Source: Monocercomonoides exilis PA203 | Taxonomy: Eukaryota > Protista > Preaxostyla | NCBI GenBank assembly: GCA_001643675.2 | Contig: LSRY02000017.1 | Coordinates: 620,001 to 684,000, forward strand | Reading direction: 5' to 3' | Length of the DNA stretch: 64,000 nt | Part shown: piece by piece, positions 1 through 13,452 of the stretch | How positions within the stretch are numbered: position 1 is the first letter of the stretch | Layout: each line of letters opens with the position of its first letter | Program-made: the position numbers and the translations under genes | Notes under the pieces: model-generated | Seen by the model: the letters and a program-made list of their open reading frames with translations, nothing else | The model's database searches: none | Told to the model about the DNA's origin: nothing

Positions 1-43
1 TTCACAGCAGCTTCCATCGTCTTCCCTTTCTCTCTCATACTCA

Positions 44-3000
44 ATGATGCTGAAACCACAAGCAGCAGCCAACAAGAATCAAATTTCAAATGCCTCTTCG
101 TCTTCTTCCTCATCTTCTTCCTCTTCCTTCATCACTTCTTCCACCTCTGCTTCGTCCCATCTGAACGGGCAAGGCTCCGAAATCCAGCCTTCAATCGAAG
201 CTGGCTATCTGCCCTCTGTTGCGTCCATTGCTGATGACAAGATATCTCAATCACCCGCACAGCTTGCACCTCGTCCGCTGACAATCATACCAAGCCACGC
301 TTCCCCTGTTGTCACACCACAATCACCGACTGTTTCAAACTTCCTGCCATATGCCTCTTCTGAATCGTATACGCCATCTTCTGCATCTTCAGCATCATCA
401 ACATCATCGTCTTCTTCATCACGGACAAACACCCCAATCTCTGCTACTGGTTCAGACATTCCCTTTGCCTTGTCTCCATTGTCCTCTCTTCCGTCCTTGT
501 CGCAACAGACCCTCTCACAAACGGCCGACACAAACCAGTCAAACCCTTCAGATTCATCGGGGACTCATTCCAAGATGGGAATCTTTGCACAGTCTCCTGT
601 TCCCACCAACCCTTCTGGCAGGATGCTGCACACAAACTCTCCACAATTACAGCAAAGCGAGAACATTACTCCGCCAAATGAATCTGCCTATGCAACAAGT
701 TCTGGGCAAAGTGGTAATGGCGCACATCATTCCAGTCCGAGAAGGACATCTGACTCGTCGCTGAAGAATGCGCAAACAGCTTCAGACGGACTACCACCAG
801 CACCGATGAAAGTACCTCCTCTTCCAAAGGAGCACTTTGATAGCAAGCCTCCACAAGGATATCCAAATGTGAAGTCGCCTGTTGAAGGAAGTAGATTGTC
901 TGCAAATAGCAAAGAGAAAGAGAAAGAGAAAGATAAAGAGAAGAAACTTTTGCAGAGAGGGCCTTCCTCCTCGCTTCCTGCACTTCCCTCGTCATTTCCA
1001 CAAAACCCTGTACATTCGCCTCCTCCTCTGCAAGCATCAAACATGCTTCTATCTCCCTCTGAGCTCCCATCGTCCATTGCTGTTCAGTCAGACATCCTGC
1101 AGACAATGACAGAGGAGCAGGCTGTGAAGGACTCGATGTTTGAGAGCCCGTCGATGATTGCTTCGTTTACGGATGGGAAAAGACGCGCTAGCATGATCAG
1201 AGAAATGGCAGCATCGGGGGAGAAAGGCCTGGAGCGAGAGAAGAAGAAAGAGGAGGACCAGAACATGCAGCTGGATGCGCCGTCTCCGACTCCTTCGTTT
1301 GAGTCCATAAGAGGAGTGGACATGCTGGAGAGAGAACAAGTTGGCGAGCTGCTGTTGGGGCTGATGAACTCAGACAGATCAGACGAGATGGATATTCCAC
1401 AGAACATTTTGAATAAGATCAAGCAGGAGCATCCATTCACGCTGCAGACAAAGGGAACAACACATACAGATACAGAAGGAAAAGAAGGAAGCATACAACA
1501 AGTGGGAAATTCCAAACAAATAACAGAGCAGTTGAATCAGATAAATGCCGATGCTCTGGCAGCCGCGATTGCAGCTGCGGGTGTGCAAGTACAAAGCACA
1601 GGATCACCAGCAGCCCCAGGGTTTTATCCATCTTCAGCTTCTTCACAAGGGTCTGCCGTTGAATCAACAGCTGGATCAGCTTCAGGGTCAGATGAGGACG
1701 AAGAGGAAGAAGAAGAGCTATTGTCGTATCATTCAGAAGGATTCGAGATGAAGAAGTGTAGTGGCATTGATGGCAGTCTTTTAGGCGATGGAAGTAGTGG
1801 AAAGGTTGGAGATGGAGCTGCAGACGAGTATTCACTGATGAAGAACAGACCTCTTTCAGCTGGGTCATACTTCGTCCGTGGAATGGTGATGGAAAGCAGG
1901 GCACCTAATGCAAAGGAGAACCAGACTGTGAATGCAGATGCAGATCAACAACAAAATCAACAGTCTGAACAGGAATCGCAAAAACAACCACAGTCAAAGG
2001 AAGAAGTTACTCCTTCCGAACAACAAAAGTTCAAAGGCGAAAGAGCAAACATTCAAATGCAACAAGAAGCGCAACAGCCTTCAAATGTTCCTGTGCCATC
2101 TTTGACTTCCTCTATTCCAGTCCAATCACCCCAGTCATATTTATCCATTCACGCTGAAGACAGCCAAACTCGTGTCTCTTCTCTTGTGGCGCTGTCTGTC
2201 ACACAATCAGAACAAAATGCAACGGGAGATCGAAATGACTCATCGTTATCCAACCAGTCGCTTACAATTGGAACCACAATGCTTACAGTACCTTCCACAT
2301 ATGGAAGCAGAAGCAGCACTGCTGTTACCATTGGATCATACCTCGGTTCAATCCCACCGTCAAGCGGAACTGGAGCAGTCACTTCCGGCGCGCTGACTGT
2401 TTCTTCAAACAGCTCAGGAAACGTTACTCCTCAGCATCCCAACGAAGGAACTCGCACATTCAGCACATATCTGCCGAAATACCAGCAGCAGCAGCAGAAA
2501 GGATCAAAGCCATCTCCTTCGCTGCCTTCACGCCTGACCACACATCAATCATCCTCACTCACACCAAATGCAGACAGCTCTGCCCGCCTGTCACATTACA
2601 ACGGCACATTGAAGCATCTGGCGCAGAGTGTAGAGTCAATCCATGCCACGGGTTCACCAAGCCATTCACCCACCCCTTCAAACGGGTCATCCACAAGCGG
2701 AGCAAACGGAACGTCATCCACACTCGCCACTTCCTCTGCAACTGAAAGAGACACTCTCACTGGACTGACCTCTTCTGCCACAGACGGTGACGAAAACCCG
2801 TCTGCCTCGCATTCACAGCAGCCCTCGTCTTATGCTTATCCTTCACCAAGCCCTTCCTCTTCTCTTGCTTCTGGCACCCTCCAGTCCACACACTCAGCCG
2901 AAGCGCACTTCCTCCACCCAGCCTCCTCCTCACTGGTCGATCAGAATCCATCTTCACTTCTATTCCCTTCCAGCTCTGCAACTACAGATTTGAGGCAAGC

Positions 3001-6000
3001 GTCTCCATTGCAGCCGTCTTCTCCACCAAACACCACGACAACAGAGCCAATTGATCCGCATGCACTCACAGATGTTCCGCGTGTTGTGAAGAAGAGAAGA
3101 AGATCGCGTCATCAGCACTTCCATTCGCCTCCTGGTGAAGGACAGACACAACAACAAGAAGGAAATCAAAACACTCAATTGCAAATACAGCAGCAGCAAC
3201 AAAAACAACAGCCGCATCATCAGCATCATCAAACAGAAGCACCAGCTGCTCTTTCTCCAAATCAAAAGCATTCTTCGAATCCAACATTGACCCCAACCAT
3301 TCCACACATGATATCGTCACCATATTCAGCGAAGCAACTAATACCACTGTCTGTCTCTCCAACACTGCCTTCACTCAGCTACCAGCCATCTCTTCATTCT
3401 CTGATGATGCCAACCACACTCATGCTGAGCGACACAACAGCTGGCTCTCCTTCCTCGTCAGCCAGCGGCACAAATAGCAACTCCGGTGGAGAACAGCCAG
3501 AGCCTTCAATGCTTTCTCCATCGCAAATTGAATCACTCTCCACTTCTCATTCAATTCCCACGCTGAACTACTCAATCACTGCTGCGTCGCTATCTCCACC
3601 GCTTCCGGAGACCATCCCTGCAAACACGCAAGTGACAACAGTGACATATCACCAGGCTTCGCAACCACAAATGGAGCACAGCAATTCTCACTTGCAAGCA
3701 CAAGCACAAGCACAGGCGCAGATGCAGGCACAGATACAGGCTCAGAATCAGGCTCAATCTCAAAGTCAAGGACAAGGTCAAGGCCAAGGCAAAAACCAAG
3801 TTCAAGCACAAATGCTTCCATATGATCAGCCACAATATCTTCTCTCTTTTCAGGGCATCCATCCACCAAATGCTGCTCATCAAACTGTAAAGGATAGAAA
3901 GCCGCAGCATTCGCCTGAAACTTCTGTGTCGTCGTCTGCTTCCTCGTCAACAGGACAAAAGTCCTCTCGTTCGTCGAATTCGCTCCAGTTGAGCGACGAA
4001 GCGACCGAATTGAAGTTTGCTTCTCTGATTTCCTCAGGAAATCTGCCAATGAATGCACAACATTTGTCTTCTCATCACAAGCACAGTGCATCACTTCCGC
4101 AAGGATTATCAACACTTCCGTCACAATCATCGAATTCTCTGAAGTCGATGGTGATGTTCCAACATACACTTTCTCCAGAGCCTGTGAGCATTTCTTCCTC
4201 CTTCCACACGTTCTCACCAAGACTCTCGTATTCACATAACACAACCACACAAACAGCCTACACAGTTGCCCACCAGCCAGGCACCCGCCGTGATGAGAGG
4301 GACGAAGCACTGCCGCCAGGCGTGCCACAATCACAGGTGTTTCTGGCACCTTCACCGTCTGCTGTACCGAGCGATATCGACATCTCCACAACTGATCCCT
4401 TCCAGTTCACACCTGCAGCATCCGTTGACACATTCAGTCACATGAAGACAACCTACGAACAGCAGCAGTATCAGATGATGCATGATGCCCAGTTCAGCCC
4501 AGGGCCGATCCACGGAATCGAATCAGTGCGCTCGCCTTCTCCATCTCCTTCGCCGCTTCCACCGACACATCCAGATAGGGTTCTCGGGAGAAGATCTTCG
4601 CTGAGTGCGTTTGTACCACACAAAAGAACATACTCTGTTGCTCAAAATGAAGGACAAGCACAGTTTGTCACAGCTTTGTCGCATCCAATTTATTCAACAG
4701 CGACTGATGCTCCTTCAACAACAACAGTGTCACTTGATCGAGCCACATCATCGCTGAATCTGTCACCCGCACAGCAAACACAGGATATTTCCCTCACTCT
4801 TTCAGCAGATGGCACACCAAACAGACTGAGCATCTCTGTCTCAGGAGAAGGATCATCGCTGTTCAACAGGCTAATCATGGCAAATGCACAGAATGGCACA
4901 GTGCAGATCCCAATTGAAGCACAAGAAGGCGCTGGTGATTTCAATGCGTTGATTGCCAGACAAGTGGAGCAGCTCAGAAATGGGGCTTCTGAAGAACAAG
5001 CGTCCAACGAGACGCAGGCTGAACAGTCTCTCTTTGCGCAGCTGATGCGAAAGAACGAGGCAGAAGCCGGAGAACAAATGGATGACAGCAGCCAGATGTA
5101 CCAGATTATGAACACAAACATTGGATTGATTCAGATGCAGGAGTCAGAAGAGCAGCAGCAGCCACAACTGTCTCAGCAACAACAGCAAATGCAGCAGCAA
5201 TTGGAGGTGGACCAGGAAGGAGTGCACGGGCAGGTCACATCAGACATGGACGATCTCTATCGCATCTACAGCGGGACAGCGAATGTCAGCAGGATATACG
5301 GGGGTTACAGAGAGCAGCATTCTTCGCGTTATTCTGTGGCATCTGAGGGTACAAATGAAGCAGACGAGCTTTCCAGCCGCTCATCCACTCCTCGTTCCGA
5401 CTCTTCAGCTGCCTCTTCTTCTTATTCAGAGACACGGGGGCATTCTTCAAGACATCACTACTCTCACAGTCGCCGCAGGCACTCACGAAATCATCATGCT
5501 CGTTCTCCTCAGTCGTCGATTGGAGAGTCTTCATCAGCATCATCAACAACTGGTTCGTCAGCTTCATCAGCTTCTTCATCAGGTTCGGAGTCAACTTCAG
5601 TTTCTGGCTCAAACTCTGCCTCTGTTTCGAGCAGGAGTGGACGTCGTCAATCAATCAGCTCGTTTGGAAGAAGCAGCACAAACAACACAAACAACAACAA
5701 CAATAATAATAATAATTCCACTTTTACTGAGTCGTCTGCAGGTTCAACACAAACTTCTCGCTCACGCTCGCCATCGCAGTCGTCATCGTCCCCTCGTTCT
5801 CGCCATTCACTGAAGTATCCAATGATTACAGCTGATGGTACAAGCACTCCGAAGGAAGAGATCAGGCTGCGGGGAGACGAAAGCGCAAGAGGCAGAACTT
5901 GGAGTGGCGAGCAGGAGAGAGACTCATCGTATTACCAAAGTCCCGAAAGAGGGATGCAGGAGTCAGAGCAGATAAGCGACCATTCGAGCAATGACAGCAC

Positions 6001-9000
6001 AGACAACTTGAGAGGTAGAGAATTGACTGAGAACGAATACACTCCAAGTCAGATTGGAAGAAGTGGGTTGAGCGAAACTCGGGGCGAGGAATATGGAGAT
6101 GATGACGATGAAGATGATGAAGATGATCATGATGACGACGATGATGATGAAGACGACGATGAAGACGATGACGATGATGATGAAGCAGAAGATGAAAGCA
6201 ACGAAAGTGAAAGCACCGATGATTCAGGTGATTTCGATGGAGACAAAAGAGAGAAAGACGCATCAAGCGACACGAGCAGTGTGGAAGGCGAGTTCCGCCC
6301 AGTCGATGTAGGCAAGACAAGCATCAAAGTACCCGTCATCTCTTTCTCTGCTGGAATTATGAAAGGCGGAGGAAGAATAGCCAATCCGAAGACGAAAATG
6401 GGGCTGGCACCGACCTCTTCAATCGCGCTTATTCGTCCCAACAAACCAGACTGGGAAACAGAAGGGCTCACCCGCACCACCAAAGAAAGAAGGGAAAGCG
6501 AAGTCAGCGAAATCTCTTCTCCGCCCATGTCCCCCGCTCAATCTGAGATTGAGTGCCCTATTTCTCCGCTCGGTGAGACTGGGGCAAGTCTGCTTACGTT
6601 GCAGCAGCACGCACAAAGCCCTCTGCATTCATCTGATATCTCATCACCACCTCTCACCCCGCCGCCTTCTTTGCCTCCAACGATTATGTTTGACTCTTCT
6701 GCGCAGTCTCCAGGGCCGTTCTCGTATCAGTCTTCGTTGGGATCAGGAGAAGACACAGTGATTAGCATATCGAACCAGTCGCCTTTCTCTCTTTTCCAGC
6801 CGCCTTCTTTGCCATTGCTGAAGACGGCTGAGGAACAAGGGCAGAATGGACAGGAAGGACAGACAGGAAATGTGGAGCCAGCAGAACAAGCAGATGCAGC
6901 AGAAGTGGCAAAGCAAGCAGAAAGCATTGAACAAGCAGAGCATAATGAAGCCACTGGACAAATACAGCCAAAGAAAAAGAAGAAAGGAACGAAGAAGAAG
7001 AAAGTGATTGTGAAGAAGAAGAAAGGAGCAGCTCTTTCGACGAATGCAGCTGCAGTGGAATTCATTCAAGTTTCAGAAGAAGAAGCCAAAGCGCATCTGA
7101 ACGAGGTGAGGAAAATAACAGAAGACGAGCTGAAGGCCTTTCACGAGAAAGCACTTGCTGAAGAGAAAGAGCAGAACAGAGAACACGAATCAGCAGAGGG
7201 CAATAATCCAATTCAAAATGAGGAAGATCGAAGCAACAGCCGAAATGACAACTCATCACAATCTCCTCTCAATGAGACAGACGGAAATGGATCGGGAAAT
7301 CTTGTTGAAACGCGCTTCAACATGGATGAAGTGCGCCATTACAGAGGATACAGCACATCAGGCCTGCCAACCATCACCGACAGGAAGGAGTCCAACTTCA
7401 CAGAAGAGATGGAGCGCAGGAGCACTTTGGACAGCCAGCAGCTGCACCGCTCGTCTGTTGAGACGTTTGCCCCGATTCATCCAGAACAGTATCTCGACAT
7501 CGTCGCCCAGAACGACGCGAATATGGCTGCACAACAAGAACACCAGCACAATTCAAACGAATCTCCCAACAGCACAACGCCTTCCTCCCGCTCCTCCACA
7601 CCTGCATCGCCAATCTCCCCTTCTTCAACCACACCTGTTACTGTGCTCTCACAGCTGGCCATTCAGCAAGCACCCACATCTTCTTCCCAGCTCCAATCAC
7701 ACGGAACTGTCAGCACACCGCCACTGGGCAAACGACCGCCTCTTCCGCCACATCAGCAGCGTGGCTCTATCCACCAGCTGTCTTTGGCACCATACACCTC
7801 TTCCATTGCACAGTCCAAGTCTCAAGGCACTCGCTCTCCTTCAATCTCGTTCCATTCACCAACTACAACCAGCATCACCCTCCCAACATCCATCTCGACA
7901 GTTACATCGGCTGTCTTTCCTCCTTCTGCTCTGCCGTCAACAGTCGAATTGCCATCAACCGTGCTTATCCCACACACAGACACCGACCAGCCGTCATTCA
8001 TGTCCATCCACCAGACTGACCTCGAGGCGTCACACTCTCCCACTCTGCAGACTGCTTCTCTGCCTTCTCTTCTTTCTCCTACTCCATCACCGAGCTTTTC
8101 TCCATCTGCCATCGGAGATACAGTTTCTCCGGGATCGTCACCCAGCATGACGCCTCATTCTCCACACAATCGTGAAGGCTCGCCGCTGATCAACTTTGCC
8201 TCCAGCAACGACACATTCCTTCCTGCCAATGCGTCTCCGTATGGCTCGCTCTATCCGAATGTGCCAGACATCCCTCTGAAGCTGAATGGAGAGAGAGAAG
8301 AGGCACACAAAAAGATTGACTCGCAGTCTTCAACCAGAGGCAGGCACTCAAATCGCTCAGGACGCAACAAAATCGATCCAGTGTCTTCGCAATTGAGCAG
8401 CAATGTGTCGAATAAACAGCTTTCTCTGCAACCGCTTGTGGAATCACGCCCAAAGAAGAAGAAGAAGAAAGATGGGAAGGAGAAGAAAGAGAAAAAAGGA
8501 GCAAAAGGAAACAAAGCAAAAGAGAAGAAGAAGACTGAGAAGGCGTTTTTCAGCTCGAAGATGATCACTCCCACTCCATCGCAGCTATCAATGGATCTCT
8601 ACGAAGACGCTGAAATTGCACCTGACAGGGACTCAGAGTCAAATGAGCGGTGCAACCTGGAGTTTCCCGATGAAATGCAGAAAGTGTATGATGAGCAGCA
8701 GAAGTGGAGGCCGATCTACTGGAGCGACGAGCTGCACGGCAACATGCTGCTGCTGATGATGTCGCTGCTGGTGACAGGGCGAGGCACGCTCGACGAATAC
8801 TACTCAGACACCGACCCGACCTCAAAGGGCATGATGAATGTGCTGTTCCTGCTGCATCACCATCTCTCGCACACAAACAACAGACCCGTCGTGTCGATGC
8901 TGCGGCACGCCCTGCGCAGCCACTGCGGAGCTTACGGCCATTCGATCCTTCTTCTTCTGAAGCTGACGTCGCGCTTCTTGTTCAGCGCCTCGCTTTTCCG

Positions 9001-12000
9001 CCTCCGTGCGAAAGTTGGGAAGGGAATGTTTGGGGCGATTTTCTCAGCCAGACTGACACCTGAGCAGTGTGCGCTGTTTGCATCGACAATGGAAGACGCC
9101 CCGCTCAAAGTGGAGCTCACTCTCAGGGATGAACAAAACAAAGGTTTGCATTTTTATTTTGTTATTTTCTTTCTTTGCTTCATTCTTATTTCTTTTTTTT
9201 TCCTCATTCATTTGAAATGGCAAAATGAATAAAATCATCCTCATTTGTTTCTATCAACAAAACTTGAAATTAATTGATAAACCACCATTTCTTTTTCTCT
9301 CTTTAGTCTCAAATCCACAGCTCTCCATTCCATCTCTCCCAGTCATGTGGAGTCCAGCTGAGGGTGCTGCTGGACTCACACCCGCCGAAGCCCACCCGAT
9401 TGTCTCTGCCTCCACTTCCACATCAGAAATGTACCATTCGCCGTCTTCAGCTGCACGTGTCACTCCTCTTCAGATCCGCTCGATGTCCAAAACAGGATTC
9501 ATCCCCACAGATTCATCGCTCTCTTCTGTCAGCAGCACACAATTCGGATCTCCCAGCCAGCTTGGCAGCTCACCCTTTGCCGGAGCGAATTTTGGTGGTT
9601 CTGTTTTTGCTCCGACAATCCAGGCACAGCAGCAAGTGCTGATGATGCTCTCTCAGCGGAACAAGTCCGACGGTGCGAGTGCTGATGCAAACCATCGCAA
9701 TGCAGCACTTTCTGATTCAGGTGCATTCGATCAAACTGGAACTACCCAGCAAACAGGACCAAGGATCTTCCAAGGGCTGCTTCCTCAATCACAGTCTCAA
9801 CAACAACAGCTACAGCAGCAGCAACAACAAAGGCAGAGTGCTCTCCAGCACATAACACCGTATCAGTCTCCGTCGTCCATTCAAACGCTGTTTCTTCCTT
9901 CGCCTCTTCTCGCATCCTCTTCTTCGATGCTTTCTCGCTCCCCTTCTTCTGTGATGTTTCCTTTTTCACCTTTTATCTCCACTGGCTCTTCCTCTTCCTC
10001 CTCTTCTTCTTCTTCATCTTCATTCTCCTCTTCTCCTACTTCTTCTCCTTCTGCCATTCTTCACGATTCGCCCGACAGTTTCATGGCGCCTCCAATCGAC
10101 AACACCCACTCTCCATTTAACTCTCTTTTGCAGCACTCGCCTGACTATTTCATCAACCAGTCACCTATCACCCGTGAATTCATCCCTGGCATATCTCCTT
10201 CCCCGTCTGCTTCGTTCATCCAGCCACTGTCTTCATTGATCGGCTCTCCCACAGCGAAACAGCTGCAGCCGCTGAAGAAGAACGATGCTCCAATCTTCAA
10301 CAAGCACCTCAGCGCTGTCTCCGAGTCTCAGTCACGTGCTGCATATTCTCTGCTTCCAACATGCCCTTGCCATTTCTCCGAACCTCCAACGCAACTACTT
10401 CAGCTGGCTTCACTCATTCCCCACTGCAAAGGCTGTGGCTGGAGAGGATACGGCGCACCGTCTGTGAATGGAGAGCGGTGCTCGCTGTGTGGGTGGGTGA
10501 AAGGCCAGTCCGAGAAAGAGCAGGAGAGGCAGCTCCTACGCCTCGCCCAGCAGATCAACCACTATCAGCAGAACATCGTCCAGCAGCAAGGTGCAGTGCT
10601 GCAGGAGCTGACAGCTCCTCTGTCTATCTCTTCGGTTGTCTCTGACACAGGTGCTGGCTCAGGCGCAATGCCCTCTGCTCTTCCTCTAACACCCAGTTCT
10701 GGCAAAAGCGCAACAAACATCCAGCCAACAACGTGCCAGTCTTCCCCTAATCTGAATCTGACTGCGGCACAGTCACAGCAAATGCAGTATCCTTCGCTTG
10801 TCCCTTCGCGCGAGCGCTCTCAGTCAGTCTATTTGGCATCTCGGCCGCAGACAGCCTCGCTCTCTTTGCTTCACAGCAGCTATTCCACTCTGTCGACACC
10901 TTCTCTTCTGCCACATGCTCAACTTCCACCTCAGCCTCCATCGTGGAAGGCAAAGACAAACATGAACACGAATTCGAACACATCGAAGGACTCTGCCCGT
11001 GCACCAAGTAGCCGCTTGGGAGACAGCGCAATTCAGTCCGAAATGGCAGGCCGGTCGCGGAGGGGACGGTCAATGAAGCCGTTGGAGTCTCGTCACAGCG
11101 TCCTCACAGAACGTGGGTGGGAAGAGCGAACTAAACGTGATCGTGTCAAGCGCTCCAGCAGTGTGCTGCACTCGGACATGGGTGTGAGCGGGACAGGCAG
11201 CGTGAGCGAGAAGTCGTTCTACTACGTGGCGGTGAAGACGCTGGCGGTGCCGTCGGGGATCTGCGACCCGTGCACACTGCACTCTTTGTTCAACGAGGTG
11301 TCCATTCTCGACCAGCTTCGAAGGGATCCGTTAGAAAGATCGTCGCTCTATCTCGACTGCGGGGTGGACTCTGACCACTACTACATCATCCAGAAGCAGT
11401 ATGTGTGCAACCTGCGGGAGTGGAGGCTGCGGCTGCTGCAGTTCGAAGACACTTGCTTCTTCGATCACTTCGACGAGAACGGCGACCCACGTGTCGGGAG
11501 CGACGATGACGAGGACGAGCGGAACTTCAGTGAAGAAGATAGTGAATACGATCCAGATGCCAATGGGACAAGACAAAGGGACTCTCAAAAGAAAAACAAG
11601 CGCCTGTTGTACCGAGGCAAGTCACTCCCTCCTGAGCACGGCAGCAACCACTTCCTGAATCCGAAGAAGTCGAAGCAGACGAGATTCAAGTTCCGCATCC
11701 CAGACGGTGGTGGCGAAATGGGGAAGAAGAGGTTTGATTCCACCCTGCCTCCAGAGCTGAAGCTGCTGCAGGATGAGCTGAAAGGCCCGCTTGCCAACAA
11801 ACACATACGATGCCTGCAGCTGTCAGAGATGGTGGACTGTCTGCTCAGAGTGTTCATCGAAGTGCTGGATGCGATCGAGTTCATTCACTCACGCAAAATC
11901 AACCACTACGACATCAAATGCGCAAACATTCTGCTTGGGCGCAAAGACGGGCAGATGATGGAGCATCTGACAATTCCTGTGAACAGATTCAATTCTGCTG

Positions 12001-13064
12001 CAAACGCCTCTCTCCACCAATCGCAGCGCTCTCTTGTGCAGCCGGGCCTTCCGCCTCATCCCATCCACTCACATCTTTCAACTGCTCAAACCGCTTTCCC
12101 TTCGTTTTCTATCCATTCTTCTCCTCTCAGCACGCAAAAGGACGGCACCTCTTCTTCCTTCGCCATCTCAGCTACTGGCTCTCAAAACACTGTCTCTGGA
12201 CTTCCTCCCATCATCAACCACTACCCTTGTGGCCCTCTCCACAACCGCCCTGCCCCTCCACCTCGCTCTCTCATTGTCTTTCCTACACAGCGACCGTCTT
12301 TTGCCCCTTCTCTTTTCTGGGATCCGATCTGGGAAGAATACCACCACCCAGCAGTAGTGCTGGAGAAGACGCTGAACATTTCTGTGGACGAGAATGCCAT
12401 CCGAACAACGCTTGTGGGCGATGACAACGAAGGCGAGCCAGCTTCTTCTCAGTCCAATCTGCCGTCTGCGCGGAGTGCAGCGCTTGCATCGACCGTCAGC
12501 TGCCCTGTGCTGTCACCTCTGTTTGCGTCGAACGAAGAGGCAATGCGCACAGCGTGCCGAGCGGTGCACACGCACCTCTGCCCGCCGCTGCCGTTTGTGG
12601 TGACGGTGTGCGACTTCGGGGAGAGTGTGATGTACACGAACGAGAAAGAGTCCTATGCGCTAGTGGACAAAGGCACGGAGTGTGTGAAGTCGCCTGAGAT
12701 GCTCGATGTTCTGTCCAAGCAGCGTGTGGACGGAGACACGTTCGACCGGCGTGTTCCGCTGGGAGCGTCGCGGGCGAGTGATGTGTGGTCGATCGGCTGT
12801 CTGTTCTACGAGCTGATGACGGGCTACTACCTCTTCCTCGACCAGGACAACGGGCGGTTCCTGACGCGGGTGACGAAGGAGACTCTTCCGCTGCTCAGCG
12901 ACGCCAAACGGAAAAGGCTGGAAGACGCGAAGGAGCCGAGGCTTATCGACATTCTCGAGTTTATTTTGGTGCGAAACCCGATTCGCCGACCTTCTATTCC
13001 GCAGATCAAGTTGAAGGTTATGCAGCTTTTGGCAAAGCGCCATCAAGAAAGACATGCAAAATAA
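44..13064 (+). CDS. Giant Ser/Gln/Pro-rich protein kinase (>=4,285 aa); exons <=44..9143 and 9307..13064; 5' end probably upstream of the window
   Basis: ORFs 44..9232 and 9225..13064 join in frame through a 163-nt AT-rich intron 9144..9306 (aag|GTTTGC...CTTTAG|tc, giving NK-V-SNPQ). Kinase motifs occur in order: VGKGMFGAI, VAVK, FNEVSIL, HYDIKCANILL, VCDFGE, GTECVKSPEM, SDVWSIGCLFYELMTG, NPIRRPS. The frame is open back to base 2. Confidence 0.88.
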
Positions 13065-13452
13065 TACTGCTTTTTACAAATGTTGTCTTTTGTTTTCTTA
13101 TTTAAGTTTTTAAATTTTTTTGTTAATTGATTTGATAATAGAAACTGTTTTGACTTTTATAAAACTTCTGAATTTTTATTTTTCGTGTGTTATTGTATTA
13201 ATCGGCTTAAATATTCATTTTATTTGTATTTATATAATAATTTTTATCATTTCATCAATTGCAATAAATCGTTAGAATTAACAGATTAGTTAATAACTTT
13301 TTAGCTGTAATTGCTTGCAATCAAGATCTTCGAGTTTAATTTTATTTTGATATGAAGTTATTTATTTCATAGAAATAAAAAATCTTTTTCGAGAATTCAA
13401 TTTTTTCAAAAACATGTGATGGGAACAATTTGATCGTTGAGAACAAAAAGAA

